A stretch of DNA of 64,000 bases from Pelomyxa schiedti (GCA_020536535.1 JAHLWZ010000505.1:1-64000), one strand, 5' to 3'; counted from the stretch's first letter, positions 23,201-37,071 are shown. A program made the numbers and translations. Notes: generated from the sequence alone by a model not told the origin.

Positions 23201-24555
23201 TCATTCCCAAAAAAATTGATTACTTAACATTTAAACCATACAAAATTCCTGCTAGAAATTGCAAAACCAAAGGTAGTTTCAAACCTAGAGTAAAGATAAC
23301 AACTTACCTGGAACAGTGATTTCTGCTGGATATGCCTCATTAATCTTCCCAATGTTAAGCTTAATGGATGCAAACACGTTTTCTGCTCCAGTTGCATCAA
23401 GTTCTTCATTCCAACCAACTTCGTTACACCTAATCGCATGCAGGGTGCTTTCTACCATTGTGGAAGGTTCTGCTGGCGTTGGTGACCAAACCTTCCTTGT
23501 GTAAGTTTCTGTATTTAATAAAAAGTCTCTTATCACATAAGATCCCCTGATAAGTGCCCGATCTGTGAGATAAGATTCACCAGGAGTGAAGATAACCCCC
23601 CAAAATCCATCCCCAAGGTAAGACAGAAGATGGATGGTCTCAATATTAAACCGTTCAACAGAGCGCAGAGTTTGCTAGAATCTTCGGAGATGCAAAACCT
23701 CTTCCATTGCCTCAACTTCCCACCACAAGCACAACACCACTTCCATCGGCTCCTGTTGAGAGCCCTGTTCCATCCCCTACCCTTCACCGGCAGGTATCCA
23801 TGAGTCCACAAAATTCACCTTCTCTCCCTCTTCTACCTCAACATCACACTTCTCAAATCACTCCAACTGCGCCCCCAATGCCTGTAATAACACTTCCCAT
23901 CCCTCCCAAGACCCAACCTTCAACCACTTTCGTGTATGGCGACCCACCCACCAACTCACCCCCTACCTACGGGAATCATTCTCCCTCTCCATCCAGTTCG
24001 CCTGATGCATTGTACCCACCTCTACCCCAAGTGCAGCAACAAGCCCCGCCCAGTGCATGGCCACCGCAGTTTAACTCACAACAACCTCCACCATATAATT
24101 CTCAACAGATGTCACCATTGCAGTATTCAACCCCACAGCAGAACAACACCCAACAACCGCAATTTGCCCAACAATGCAACACCACTCAACCTTATATGCA
24201 ACTTGTTCCTCAACACCAAGCGCAACAGCAGATGCAACAACAAATGGCACAGCAGCAGTTTGCCCAGCAGCAACTTCAAGAGCAACAACAACTAGCCCTG
24301 CAGCAGCGGCAACTCCAGCAGCAACAGCAACAAATGGCACAACAGCTGGCACTACAACAACGCCAACTGGGGTCTCAGCAAGTCTCCCAGCACCCGGAGC
24401 AACAGCAGCTCACCCGGCAACAGCTAATGCAACAAGCGCAAATGGTGCAACAACACAACCAAGCTACCCAACAGCAGCAGCTGGCGATGCAGCAGCAATT
24501 GATGCAACAACAGCTCCCTGTTCTCTACCCCCCTCAGTTCCATCATTCTTCCTGA
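20296..24555 (+). CDS. Large multi-exon P-loop GTPase-like protein with N-terminal coiled coil and Pro/Gln-rich tail
   Basis: G1 motif VIAVCGDTHVGKST (21106-21147), G2-like TTAN, G3 motif FLDFEG (~21325-21342). Cys/His clusters downstream. Poly-Q ORF 23707-24555. Confidence 0.65.
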
Positions 24556-26658
24556 AGACAGAAAAAGTCACACCAAAATTTTTTTTTGTCCAAATGGCGT
24601 CGGGTTCGTTCGTATGGGTGCACGACATGCGCCACCAAACCAACCAAAACCAACCGAGCCGGTGGCGTCCTTCCTCCAATCAACCTGTACAAGACACTGC
24701 GACTCCCTCTCCTCCCTCTCTGCAATCGAGAGGATCACCTTGACGACCTCTGTCCAGCGGGGGGGGATTTGGAAAGACTGGGAAGCCAAAATACCGCCCT
24801 CTGAGTGTACAAGTGGTTCTTATTTACGAAGTAAGCCAGTCTCGGCCCCCATCTTCAGCAAGTGCCTTACGGCTGTGCACCGACAACAGCACCCCCCCCA
24901 AGCACTTCATCTGCAGCACTCGTTCCCAGTAACCAAAGTGTCACAGGCTCAGCAAGTGGTCGTACCACAACATCCCCTGCACAGTACCCCACACAAGGGA
25001 TTCCGAACCAGACATATCCACCACATCCTCCTTATCCACAATCACAACAACAACAGCAGCAGCAACCCTATTATGTTCCCTTACCAGCCGCAATACAACA
25101 TACCCAGCATGCCATATGAGACCATGCATTTCCACCAGTACCCACCACAACCACAATCACAACCACAACTGGGTGCCAACTACCCTCCGGTCCCACTGCC
25201 TACGTGTTGTCCAGAAATGCGCCACAAAGCAACTACGACCCCACACCACCGCAACCAGTCACTTACACACCAACCACAAGACGAGACATGAAGTGCTTTT
25301 GGAAAAGGACAAAAATAAAAATAAAAAAAAGCACTGCGGCAATAAACAGCAGCCACACAAACTTCTGGAGTGGGTGCCCACCGTGGGGGGTTGTGCGTGC
25401 AGATCCAGCCATGGGGCCTGGTGCCCCGCTTGAGCAGTGAAGAGCCGGCTTCCCTCGCTCTCCAATCTCCCTCCTTCCCCACCCTTCACTAGTGCCCTAA
25501 ATTTTTTTTCGCTGTTTTTTTTTTTTGCTTTTATTCTTCTTTTCATCATGGCGCGCTGGGTGGGTGTGGCTCTTCACTCTCAAACCTCTCCCTATCTGTG
25601 TGTGGTGTCCTGCCTTTTTTTTTTTTTTTCTCTTTCTTGTTGTGAAGAAGTAAACAAGCAATGAGAGAAATTAAGAGAACACTTTGTTTTTTCCCATTTT
25701 GGTGCGTTTGTTTGTGTTTGTCTTTGAATCCTGATCCTAATGATGGTGGAGACTGAAAGGAAGAAGTAGAATTCCGTGTCGGGAGCCAGCAGTGTTGGCA
25801 TCTGTTGTGCTTGCCCAGAACACATGTACTGCCTGAAACTGTAAGACATTGAGTTTTGTTTCATCTCTCACCTTATTAACCTTGCATTAATCTGTGTCTT
25901 TCTAGTTTTGCTGTGTCCTGTTGAAGGAGCATTCCCTGCGTAATATTGGCCACACAGAATAGGTACCACTACTGCAACAGTTAGACTCCCACCTGCTCAC
26001 GTGTATTTCAAATCTCTCCCCAACAGCACAAAACACGGGCTCCTCCTGAAACCCTGAAGATAAAGGAAGGAGCACAATGACAAGGCCTGCTTACCCCACG
26101 TGCCAAACATCAGATTTGTCTTGACACCTGCTCGCGAAAAAATCTGCACAGTGGAGTGGGGTGGTGCGGCGGTAAGTCAAAGTCGACGAGGTGACGACAT
26201 GCGTGGCGCCGGCTGTCCCGACAGCCGCGGAGGCGCGACTACGGCCACGAGGGCGCGTGTGGTGGGGTGACACGAGCGTGTGTGGCTACTGGCCCGATGG
26301 GTGTGGTGGTGGCAGGTTCGTCGGGTGTGGGCGATGGGTTCCTCACTGGGTTTTTGGCGTCTGTCCCGCATGCTTTGGCTTCCGGTTGTTGACTACAATT
26401 CGACAATGATGTTTTCTTTTCACTCAGATCTGCAAAACACAAGACTACTACAACGGCCAGTGCTGACCCCTGCAGCACTTGTGCTGGTTGATGCAGGTGC
26501 GTCCAGCTTCCTGTGTTTCAGGAAATACACAAAGCGTAACCTTGGGCTTCTAAACCCAAATTGGCCTTGCATTCACTTGATTTGCGTGATGATGGCCTTT
26601 CTTCGACTTGTGTTTCTCACCCACCGAAAAAAACAAACAAAAAAAAAAAAACACGCAA

Positions 26659-28313
26659 ATGGTCGATTCGCTGGTGGTAGCCAAGGCAATCTGCGCCATC
26701 ATCCTCGCAGCCGAGACCATCCTTGGCACCCTCATCCCCATTGTCCTCCGCAAACTCGCTGCCCGCGCCCCCAGGCCCAGCCCCGCGACCCCCTTGCTGT
26801 CTGGCGACTCCGGCTCGCCCAAGGGCGGCGGCGCGGCGCCCCCCTCAGCCCCAGCAGCAGCCGAGGGCTACAAGGCGGTGGTGGAGCGGCGGGTGAAGCG
26901 GGCGATGGCGGGGTGCTCCGCCGCGGCCGCGGGCGTGTTCCTGGGCGTCGGGCTGTGCCACATGCAGCCGGACGCGGTGCGGTACCTCGAGGGGTGTTTG
27001 GGCGGTCTCCATGGGTTCCCCTTGCCGTATTTCCTGGTCCTTCTGGGCTTCTGCCTCCTAGCTTTTTTGGATAAGGTTCGTTTGTTCAGTGGCATTCCTA
27101 ATATGTTCTGTTCTGTTATGTTTGTGCAAAATACTTTCAATGACACATCCGTAATTGGTTGATATATTTATATATTATCATATTCATAATTTTACCCACG
27201 AACTCTTGGCTCATCAATTTGTACTATTGTCCTCCCAAAAAAAATGTGGTTCTTCATAAACCTCAACCCAATTAGGTGCTAACACCTACACATGAACATC
27301 ACTTGTCCCATGAGCAATCTTCTCATCCAAGTGGCACTTCAATAAACAGTGAAAACCCAAGTGACGGGACACCAACCACACAATTACCAGGTGCCTGGAA
27401 GCAGCGCTACGCCAAAGCCGTGGTGCTGACCCTTGGGATGGCCATACATGCCTTTGTTACCGGCCTTGCACTGGGCATGAGCGAATCCTTCGATGATCTC
27501 ATGGGAATTGCTTTGGCCTGCATGTGCCATGAATGGGCTCATGCCGGTGCTCTTGTAGTGCTCTACGATTCCCTAGCTATATCGAAAAAAGTCCAGGTTG
27601 GCCCCCAATCCCTCCCACAATCGAAACCTTGCCACCCCCTACACGCCTTTTTTTTACCTGCCCACTAGATTATACTCTTGTGCACGTACTTCACAGTCAC
27701 TCCCAGCAGCATCGCGATCGGCACTGCGCTCTACGCGGAGCTCGAGGGAAGCCGAGCGGGGTACATATCGACCGGCGTGCTGTCGGCCATCGCGGCGGGC
27801 ACCTTCCTGTTCATCGGGGCCTGCGAGCTCATGCACGAGGCGTTCGAGGCGGACCACAGCCACGCGCACGGCGGCGAGGCCGACCCGCACCTCGAGGCCC
27901 TGAGGCAGCACGAGCACCACCACCTGCACCACCACGCCATCGAGCACGAGCACATCCCCGGCGACGAGAAGGACCACGAGCAGTGGGGCGCGGGAGCAGG
28001 GGCAGGAGCAGCTGCGGGGGGAGGAGTTGGCGACCAGAATCCCATAATACCGGACGGGGAGGCATCTGACGGCAAAAAGGAGGCCAGGGAGTACGCGCAT
28101 GCACACCCGCACGACCACGTGCATTCGCACGAGCACCTGGACCACACGCACGAGGCCGCCGTGATGATTCCGGTGCACAGCCACGGCGATGACGACGAAT
28201 GGCTCCACGGCATTGGGTACAGGACCATCAATTATGGGATCATGCTGTTCTTTGCAGTTGGGATTGCGTCTGTGGCTGCAATTGAGGGAGATCCAGGGCC
28301 CATGGTCTGCTGA
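26659..28313 (+). CDS. ZIP-family (Zrt/Irt-like) metal transporter (3 exons)
   Basis: TM2 AAGVFLGVGLCHMQPDA, TM4 MAIHAFVTGLALG, TM5 CHEWAHA, TM6 TPSSIAIG, TM7 SAIAAGTFLFIGACELM. Long His-rich loop. Confidence 0.9.
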
Positions 28314-28520
28314 GAGAGAGAGAGAGAGAGATTCCGAAACAGGAATTGCAAACGAAAACCTGTTTATCAAATGATGAGAGAATAACACAATCTTGAGGTG
28401 GGTTGTGTTTTGACTTTCTTTTTTCTTCATTTACAAGTACTAGTGGACAATATTGTTTGTTTGGTGCTGGTAGTGGAATAGGAAACGGTATGTTTTGGTT
28501 TGTTTTTTTGTGGAGCCTCC

Positions 28521-29521
28521 TCAGTCATTGCTGGTGGGTTGTGCTTGTGGTGGTGGTTTTTTAACAGAACTTGAAACAATTGGAGCAACAGTGCGAAGTG
28601 ATCCACAGTCACAGCAGGTCAGTTGTTGTAGCTTGTGTACTTTCTTCAATGTAGTATTTACACTATTACAGGTCTTACATCTGACATATTCGACTGTTTT
28701 AGAGGATGTTAGTAACTGCATGAAGGGCCATGGAGCAACCAATGTATTTTTTCATAGTAGCTTCGACACTTCTGATCTTAAATCTTCCGCGCAGAGCCAG
28801 GTGGTGGCTCCCATTAATAGAAACCAGAACACTAAGTTCGTTCTCTACAAACTTGAGTACATGTGACTCTGGCCGATTAAACCTTTTTGTAGGGGGAGTG
28901 TAATGGTTGGGTTGTTTAGGAAGTAGGGAGAGAACAAACGTGGCACAGAATTCCGCGAAATTCGCCCAACTGGTTTTCCAGCCGTCTCTAAGTAACATCG
29001 GAGGGTGTATCACAATAGAATTCTTGTGTGGCCCGAGTTCACGGCCAGAAGCGGACATTTTATCAACTAACCTTTGCAATAGCTTTTTGTTTTGTGTTTG
29101 TGACGGGAATTGTCGGAATAATGGGGATGAATACCTTGTCGTAGTTGTAGTCAGAAGTATTATAGTTAGCAGTCTGGTTAATATTCATGTCAGTGAATAA
29201 GAAAAAGACCAAGCATTCCAATCACGCACTTGGTCACTAGATGTGGATGGTGGTGTGCCAGTCGCAGTCTCATTTGACACTGGTTTTGGAACATCTACAG
29301 ATACGGAATTTGGCACAGAAGGAATTACTTCCGGGGCAGCAGTTGTTGATGGTTGCGGGGGAGAGGTAGTGGTTGCAATTGTGGGAGGCTTCTTGGCTTT
29401 CTTTTTACGGTTGGCATTGAACTGGGCAGCATTTTGTTGGTCGGCAGCTGGATCGAAGAGAGATGAAATTAGCAAAAGGCCGAAACCCACGTCGCGTTTG
29501 ACACTAAACACCGGTCGACAT
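28521..29521 (-). CDS. eIF2-beta-like protein (eIF-5/eIF-2B domain with C2-C2 Zn ribbon; multi-exon)
   Basis: PPMLLRDGWKTSWANFAEFC..FNRPESHVLKFVENEL...LALRGRF...MKKYI-VEYVRCKTCNSVNT...LTCCDCGSLRTV. Confidence 0.85.
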
Positions 29522-29625
29522 GTCAAACAATCAAATTGCACCGATGATCGTCGAACGAGTCAAAAAAAAAAAAAAAAGAGCCACAGGTCAGATCTCTCCT
29601 CACATCGTTTTATTTATTGCGGGCA

Positions 29626-31586
29626 ATGACAACGTGCGGTAGTGGTGTTGGTGTTGGTGCTGTGTCGGGTGTGCCTACGGGTGGTTCCGTTGTTGTCGCT
29701 CCCGGTTGCACAACAACGTCTCCGCCTCCCCCCATTCCGCACAACATCCAACTTCAGCTCTTCGGCAATTTCAACCCTGATGCGCAGCCCAACACCACCG
29801 TTGCTTCCGTCGGTACTGCCTCCTCGAATTCGCAACAAACTCTCACCGTTCCACCCCCGCCTACTGCGCCAATTTCCTCGCTGCCCCTACCGTCGGGCGG
29901 CGCTGCTCCCAGCGATCACGGCAAACACCAGCAACAGCACAAACAACCATCGCAACCACAACAAGTTTCACTTCCCCCTCCTCCCGTGCGTGACCCGGTG
30001 CACTCTGTAAACGTAGCTCCTGGCACACCACCTACACCACACCCGGCTATAGCACTTGCACCTCCGTCTCTGTCACTACCACAACCCACTGTGACACCTT
30101 CACCAACTCTACCCTCTTTGATGCTCCAATTGCCTTCAGGCACCGGTTCTAATACTATGTTCCGGCCAAATTCATCTGGTCCGCAGCCCGGCCCTCGTAC
30201 CTCAAGTAACCCACCATTCCCAAATTCAGCATCACACCACCCTCTCTCGCCCCATCTCACCACCGTTCCATCTGCTACTTTGACCGCTGCAGCAGCAGCA
30301 GCAGTTGCTGCAAGTTCCAACTACAGTACCACAAACGAGCCACCCAAACCTCGTCAAAATGCCTCCGTTAATGTAGCTGCAGAGGGCATTTTAGGTCTCA
30401 CTCCTCCCCCACCCCCACAAAAAGCAAGCACCATTGCCTCACCTCCTGCAAACCAGAGTGGGGAGGCTTTTGGGCAAAAAAAACCGAATGCACCTTCTTC
30501 ACCAGTAGTATCTGAGTACGATTCTATTAGTACTTCGCCTCTCAACGGTGCCTTCAGTACCTCAGTGAACAGCTTAGTCCGAGGAGGAATGCCTGTATGC
30601 AACTATTGGATAGCCACTTGTCTTTCTTATACATCCATTTAGCCACAGATTTCTGGTGGAATGAACAGCAATGTGCAGAACAGACGGGTTCCTTCTCAGC
30701 CGCAACCAAAGGTTGGTCCATTACCTCTTGCATTCTATTTATTAGCCATCTCTAGAGGAGAAGTACTGTTGCTCGAAAGAAATCTCTGAAGCAAGATGCG
30801 CAAGAAGTGGAATTCACAGAATATCCTTTGGAAAACACAGACTCTGTTCCACAACCACAGACTCAAGGAGCACCGCAACCAGCACTTGTACCACAGACAT
30901 CGATCCAGCAACAAGTTATTCACCCACAACCAATTACGCCACAACTGACCCCCCCAGCACAACAACCCCAACAGACCATTTTACCGCAACAGGCACCACA
31001 GCCCCAACCACCACTTCAGACTCAGCAATCACCGCAAGCTCAACAACCAGCCAATGGCATCAACAACAAAAAGGCACATCTCCATCGCAAACATCAACAT
31101 AAACGACCACCAACTGACCTTGAAGCTGAAAAGGCCATTAGTGAAGGAGATCAGCATCCCGCATTTCAATCCAGTCGTGTACCCCCTAACGGCCTAACTG
31201 AGCCCATTCTCTCACAAGCACAACAAACGCAACTACCTTTGCAACAGCCACAACCACAATTACCCCCAGAACAAGGCATGACTGTACCGCCACTACCAGT
31301 ATCTTCAATTCAAGTTACACCCTCACAGTTACAGCAGCCTATGGCATCAGCATTCAAATCCCCCGGAGTTGTAGACTTGGGAAAGCTTGATGTTACTGCA
31401 CTTCTGAAGTACAAGAAGGCTTTCAAGTTGAGGTGCAAGAGTAATAAAGCTGAAGTAGTAGCTGCAGCCCAAGCTCACTGGAATTCATACCAAGTGAATG
31501 AGGAGGAAGTCGTTGAGGCATTCATGCACGCCTTATTTAACGGTGGAAGAGACAACAGTTACACACACGGCAAAGTTGATGAATGA
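29626..31586 (+). CDS. SAP30-like histone deacetylase complex subunit (C-terminal Sin3-binding domain)
   Basis: C-terminal VDLGKLDVTALLKYKKAFKL...NKAEVVAAAQAHW...VNEEEVVEAF matches the SAP30 Sin3-binding helix bundle. The rest is Pro/Gln-rich and disordered. Confidence 0.75.
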
Positions 31587-31640
31587 AATGTACATTTGTG
31601 TATCCATCATTTAAAAAAAAAGAAATTCAAAAGAAGTTTT

Positions 31641-32508
31641 CTATTGCAACAATTCTAGAGAACCAAAATACTTTGGCCTGTGGAAACATGCAGGACTTGC
31701 CATTGTTGGTGACCAGCAGCTATATTCCTTGGACATTCCCTTTGGTGTATCTTGTGTTGTGTTTGGTTGCACAGTTAGATGAAGTACCAGAGGGCACAGG
31801 CGAAGGTACCAATCCTGAAGAAGTTGGCAAGCCACGTATCAGCAGAGGACTTTCCTGGCCACAGGGAGAAAGGAACGTAGAGAGACGCCGACCACCGGTC
31901 ATTGGCATCATCTCTGGTGGCACTCCATTCTAACCCACTTGTAGAGCAAGGTAGCAAAACATCTGGAGTGAAGAATAAGAGCGAGGCAGTTGCCAGATAC
32001 CACCAACACAGACCAAAGGCACTGTACCTGATATGCCGCTGCAGTCGCCGTTGGTGTTGGTTATGTTGGCTACAAACAGAACTCCATTCGGGGACACTTC
32101 CAGCTCAACGTAGACATACGGGGCCGCGGAGGCGTCCGAGGCAGGTGCCACGAACATCTCCACCACGCTGTACTCGTACAGAGGGTCGTTGCATTCCGTG
32201 TAAGGGTTCCGTGGGTTGTCGTCGACGCAGCCGAATTCGACCTGTATCCCGTTGTCGTCGTGGCACAGTGTCACGTTGGTCTGCTGTACTGCTTTGCCTT
32301 TTTATTATACACAAGTTCAGTTTCGATCCGAACACCACAAGGCGTTGATGTTGTTGTTGTGACTACTCATACCGCTCCCGTCGTCAAGTATGAATGCCGA
32401 CAAGGAAGTCGTCGTCGGACAAACTGGAACAGACGCAGAGTAGTCTGCAGCCGTGCACAGTGTCACCAGAACAGCCACAAGAAACAAACACCCAGTAGTT
32501 CGGTTCAT
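31641..32508 (-). CDS. Secreted carbohydrate-binding family 9-like (DOMON-like) protein (multi-exon)
   Basis: Signal peptide MNRTTGCLFLVAVLVTLCTA. Motifs VVEMFVA, YVELEVSPNG, WSASLYVPF, NFFRID and YSCWSPT...FHRPKYFGSL. Intron 31809-31751. Confidence 0.7.
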
Positions 32509-32570
32509 TGTCAAATGAAGGCAGGGTTTTTTTTTTTGGGATGAAAAGTTTTGTTTTACGATGAGACATT

Positions 32571-35500
32571 TTAGTGAGAATCGAAGGGGAGAGGCATGGC
32601 CGGGTCGGGGATGCCGCGGCAGGGTTTGTGTGGGATGCTCTTGCGCTCGTAGGTGATACAATCGGCTGGGCACACGCTTTGGCAGAGGCCGCAGCCCATG
32701 CAGTCCTGCATTGGGAACCAATTAGCGTGCGGTAGAGGGAGGGGAGTGGGCGGGTGCTTACATCGGTTACAACAGGGTAATGTGTCTCGTCAAACTTGAT
32801 GGCAACGTAACCGGTGTCATTGCATGACATATCTGCAAAGTTTTGTTGGTTGATTTGTACATAGTAAATAAATTACGCACAGCATTTGCCACACTGCAGG
32901 CAACTGGAATAGTCTATGACAGCATGGACCTGGGCTTCAAGTTCGAGCTGTGGGACAACCATGATGTGAGGGAGGGTGACACCAACTACACTGGCGAGAG
33001 ACGGAACCGGTGTGCTGGTTGCTTCCTGCAGACGAATTAGTTTGTACCAGGAAAGTAACTTCAGGGCACACCCGTGTTGCTGGTACATAAGATGGAGGTG
33101 GGATCTGTCCTTTCCAGGCAGCGAACCTCGGCTGGCTCTTCATATACAGTGCAGTCTACTGTAAATTTAGTACCGAGTGGAGTAGCATAGATTTAGTAGT
33201 TGACCTTGATGCCGTTGTTCAGTTCATCAATAATAGTGTATTCTTGATTTTGAATGGCACTGGGTTGTTGTTGGTTTGGTGATTGTTTTCCCTTTTTTTA
33301 CCTGGTAATTTGAATTGCACTAGCACCACAGTGGAACATTTGCATGGCAGATTCTGCACTATCACATCCTCCGACGCCAAGAATAGGGAATCCAGGTAAA
33401 GTCCTGGCTATGTCAGAAATTGCCTGAAACCAAATTAACGCCCAAGAAAATGGAATTTTAGTGGTAAAAACCTGAAGGGCCATTGGGCGAATCATGTTTC
33501 CTGAAGAGCCACCATAAGCAGTATTCCTGTCTGCCCCAACTGCAGGCCAAGGGAGCCCTTTTGTTCATAGTGAGGGTGTTAGAAAGAACAAGTAAGAGAC
33601 AAACCATTAGATTGAATGTTAGAAAGTGCTCTCACGGTGTTAATTGCTGTTACACCGTCAGCACCACCTGCTTTGGCAGCTTGTGCGAGTTCGACGATGC
33701 CTGTGCAGGAAAATTCAGTGGAAAGTATCGAAAATGAGTTGAAAGGTACTTGTAACATTTGGTGTGAGCTTCACAAAAACGGGAAGTGTGGGTGGTACGG
33801 CAGCTCGAACCCAGGTTGTAATATCATGGACCATTTGTGGCTAACAGTTTTACATTAAATTAAACCTATACTGTATTAGTGCTTACACTTTGGCCTGCAA
33901 GCATTCCGTATCCTGACTTTCCAACATGAGGGCAAGAGAGATTGAGTTCAAGTGCATCAGGGTTGGATGTTGCAGCTGCAGCAGCTATTTTCTGTTTACG
34001 GTAAGTATTTAAGGAGAAAGTCTCTTTCCAAACCTGCCATTCTCCTTTATCTGCAGGAGCCATGATATTAAAAATCACAACTTTGTCAGGGTACTCCCTC
34101 TTTAACAACTTGACGCCTTCCACCCAGTACTGGAGTGTCTTCTCTGAGAGAAGCTCTATGTTCTGGAAACCAACTACAGGTATTTAGCACAGGAAAAAGA
34201 GTACGGGGGAGATACCTTGATTGGGTCCATACATCCGAGACGCTGGCGATCTTATTATACGAGGAGATATATTTGTTGACTGAAAACGAATGTGAACTAG
34301 GTGAAAGTAGAAGAAAAAGAGATTAAAGAATACCGGAACAGGCAAGGCAGTTTTAGTAACAGCAAATCCCCATCCCATTTCAAATGCGCGCCTGATCTGT
34401 CCTATGCTTCCTGTGGGTGTGGCACTGGAAAGACCGAAGGGATTCCGGAAATGTATTCCACAGACAGTTGTTGAAATGTCAACGAGGTCAATGGCAGTGG
34501 AGATCATAGGCAATCGAGGTACTTGATCAACAACAGCTTTGTTTTTTTAATTCACAAGGTGTAATGTAGTAACACACCTCCGGAAGTCAATTGCAAGTAT
34601 TTGTGAATATTCCAAGCTGCGTTCTTGCCATCATTTGCTGCTTGAACTATGCTTACACTTCCAACACAATCTCCACCAGCAAACACACCTTCGACCTGTA
34701 TTTTGTGTTAAAATAGAACAGTAGTTATTTCCGGTAATCTTACCGAGGTTGCATTTGAAGACGGATCTATCTTGATGAAACCCTGAGGTAGAACTGCAAG
34801 TGTTCCAAGAATGGATTTTGGTGGTGGTGTGCTTCCAAATGCAACAATGACGAAGTCACATTTCACAGCTAATGTTTGTCCCTTTTGCATAAATAATCCA
34901 TTTGTAGGGGTCCAATCTCTGTGCTCCAGAACAACTTCAGAGACCAATCCCTCAGTACGCACAACATTGGCAGGGACAACATTGGCGAGGCATTCAATGT
35001 GGTGCAGACCAACACCATGATGAAACTCCGAATCGCTGCAGGGTTTGTGTGGAAGATCCTCGCGAAAAGCAATGGTGACTCTTGAAGCCCCACTATTTGT
35101 GTGAGGGCAATAATTGGAGCAAAGGGAACTGTATACCAGCGGAAAGCGGTATTAGATACATCATATGCAACGTCCCCACCACCAAGTACAAGAACATGTC
35201 CATGTAAGGCAGGTAAGTTGGCCTATTTACTTAAGACAGGAAGGAGCAAAGGGGAAAACGTACCGGGTTTAGTGGCCTTGTAGCACACGACACAGTATAT
35301 AAGAAATCGTTTGCAGTAAGAAGATTCTTAGCAGGCTCGTTAAACATTGGGAGAGTGAAAGCCTGAGAGAGATCAGAGCAGTGAGAAGAAAAAAAGGGTG
35401 CACACATTTGGAAGTCCAACACCCATAAAAATGGCTGCAAATCCCGATTCCTTGAGTGAATCAAGTGTGAAGTTGGTTCCAAGTGCTTTTTCAAACTCGA

Positions 35501-36762
35501 GTTTTACACCCAATTCACCAACAAGTTTGGCCTCATACTGGGTTACCGTTGAGGGAATCCTTTCAGTGAATTTAAGAAAAAAAAAGCAGGAAACATGCTA
35601 TCCTAAACTAACCTAAATTCAGGAATTGTCAAATGGGGTTGGCCACCTTAGGAAATGAGTAGAAGAAGAGACCAAGAAAAAGAATACCAGGCTGGCGGGA
35701 TTTTTCGAATATGGTGATATCCGAGTATCCAAGTCTGGCCAAGAATGTGGCACACGAAAGGGATGCTGGTCCAGCCCCAATGAGGGCAATTTTTTTTGCA
35801 TAACCTGCTGGCATCTGAACACAGTTACTTCATTGAGAAGGCATGTTGATCAACCTTCTCAGGTGCAGGAAGAGCAGGGTTTCGAATTTGGGGCACATCC
35901 ATTTTGCGGAAAATGTCACAAGCAAACTCCTGGAGGCGAGATATCTCTGTGTAGTATTAAGCTTACTGAAGGGATGTAGAATATTGCACACCAATAGCTC
36001 CCCCAAGGCGATCACGCAAATTGCAACAGCTACGGCATGTGTGCTCTGATGAGCATAGGAGTCCTGGCGAAAAGAAATATTATTTATGGAGAAATCTTAA
36101 ACAAAAAAAAGTACCACATGTAAGACCCAGAGGATTATCAGAAAGAATAATCTTAGCAGCATGGAAATAATCCTAGAAATGGTTAAAACATACTTTCATG
36201 TGCCACTCAACCTCTTTGGCAATTGCGTGCATGAAACCCCTAAAAAAAGTAATCTGTTAATAGGAAACCAGAATCTGGCAGGCAAACTTGATATCAACTC
36301 CAGTAGGGCAACCCTTTGAACAAGGTGCATCAGCACACTTCAAGCATCTGCCGCTCTCAGCTAAAACCTAACTCAAGTCTTAAAAATGATAGAACTTAAT
36401 AATTCAGAAAAGCGTACCTCCTCAACAGACAAAGACTGTCTCGCCAAGACGAAGTCCTTTACTGGGCTCACAAAGCGAGCTGCCTCCTCTACGGGAGCTA
36501 CGCGGCCTTGCTGCAACGACGCACAACGGGATGTTCTGGGAAGAGATGCGCACGATCCAGATCTGAGGGCTTCCTTTGCTCTTTCCGCAGTCGCTTCAGC
36601 GGCACCTGTGGGCGCGCCCAGCGGAGGAACTACGTGCGACAACCACGCTTTCACCTGGATCTCATCCGACAGCACCGTCGGACGCACAGCCACGTGATCT
36701 TTAACTTTGGGGTGTTGTTCCAGTCTCGCCTTGTTGTCGGTCCAGATGTCGTGCGTCGCCAT
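32571..36762 (-). CDS. DPYD: Dihydropyrimidine dehydrogenase (NADP+), eukaryotic single-chain type (many introns)
   Basis: [10 protein letters not shown] Fe-S motif, [45 protein letters not shown], catalytic [20 protein letters not shown]-terminal 2x[4Fe-4S] CLQCGKC..SCND / [12 protein letters not shown]. Confidence 0.95.
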
Positions 36763-37071
36763 CGCCTCTTGGGGTTTTTTTTTTATTTAGTTATTTATTC
36801 CCTTTTTTTCGGGTTTGTTGGTTCAGGCAACGGAGTTTTTCGTTTTGGGGTTTTTCGCGGCCTCGCGGCGTTTCGTTGCAACAATAACAAAATTGCTTCG
36901 TGAGAGTTTCTAGAAATGACATAGGGGACTCTGTGTTTTTGTTTCATGTAACTGAGGATCTTGCTCAGCCCATACAAAGGAACGAGATCTCACGGCGATA
37001 ACATCATTGCGGGTATGTTTCCTTGACGTTTTTTTGTTCTCCTTTTCTCCTTTGTCGTGGAACTGGGGGTG

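Noticed and set aside
24594-25291. Pro/Gln/Tyr-rich ORF fragments
   Set aside because: The coding-like signal is split across frames without convincing splice sites. It may be a degraded gene, but no model can be supported.
25300-26600. Short ORFs and small hairpins in a long intergenic region
   Set aside because: No coherent gene model or extended fold found by eye.
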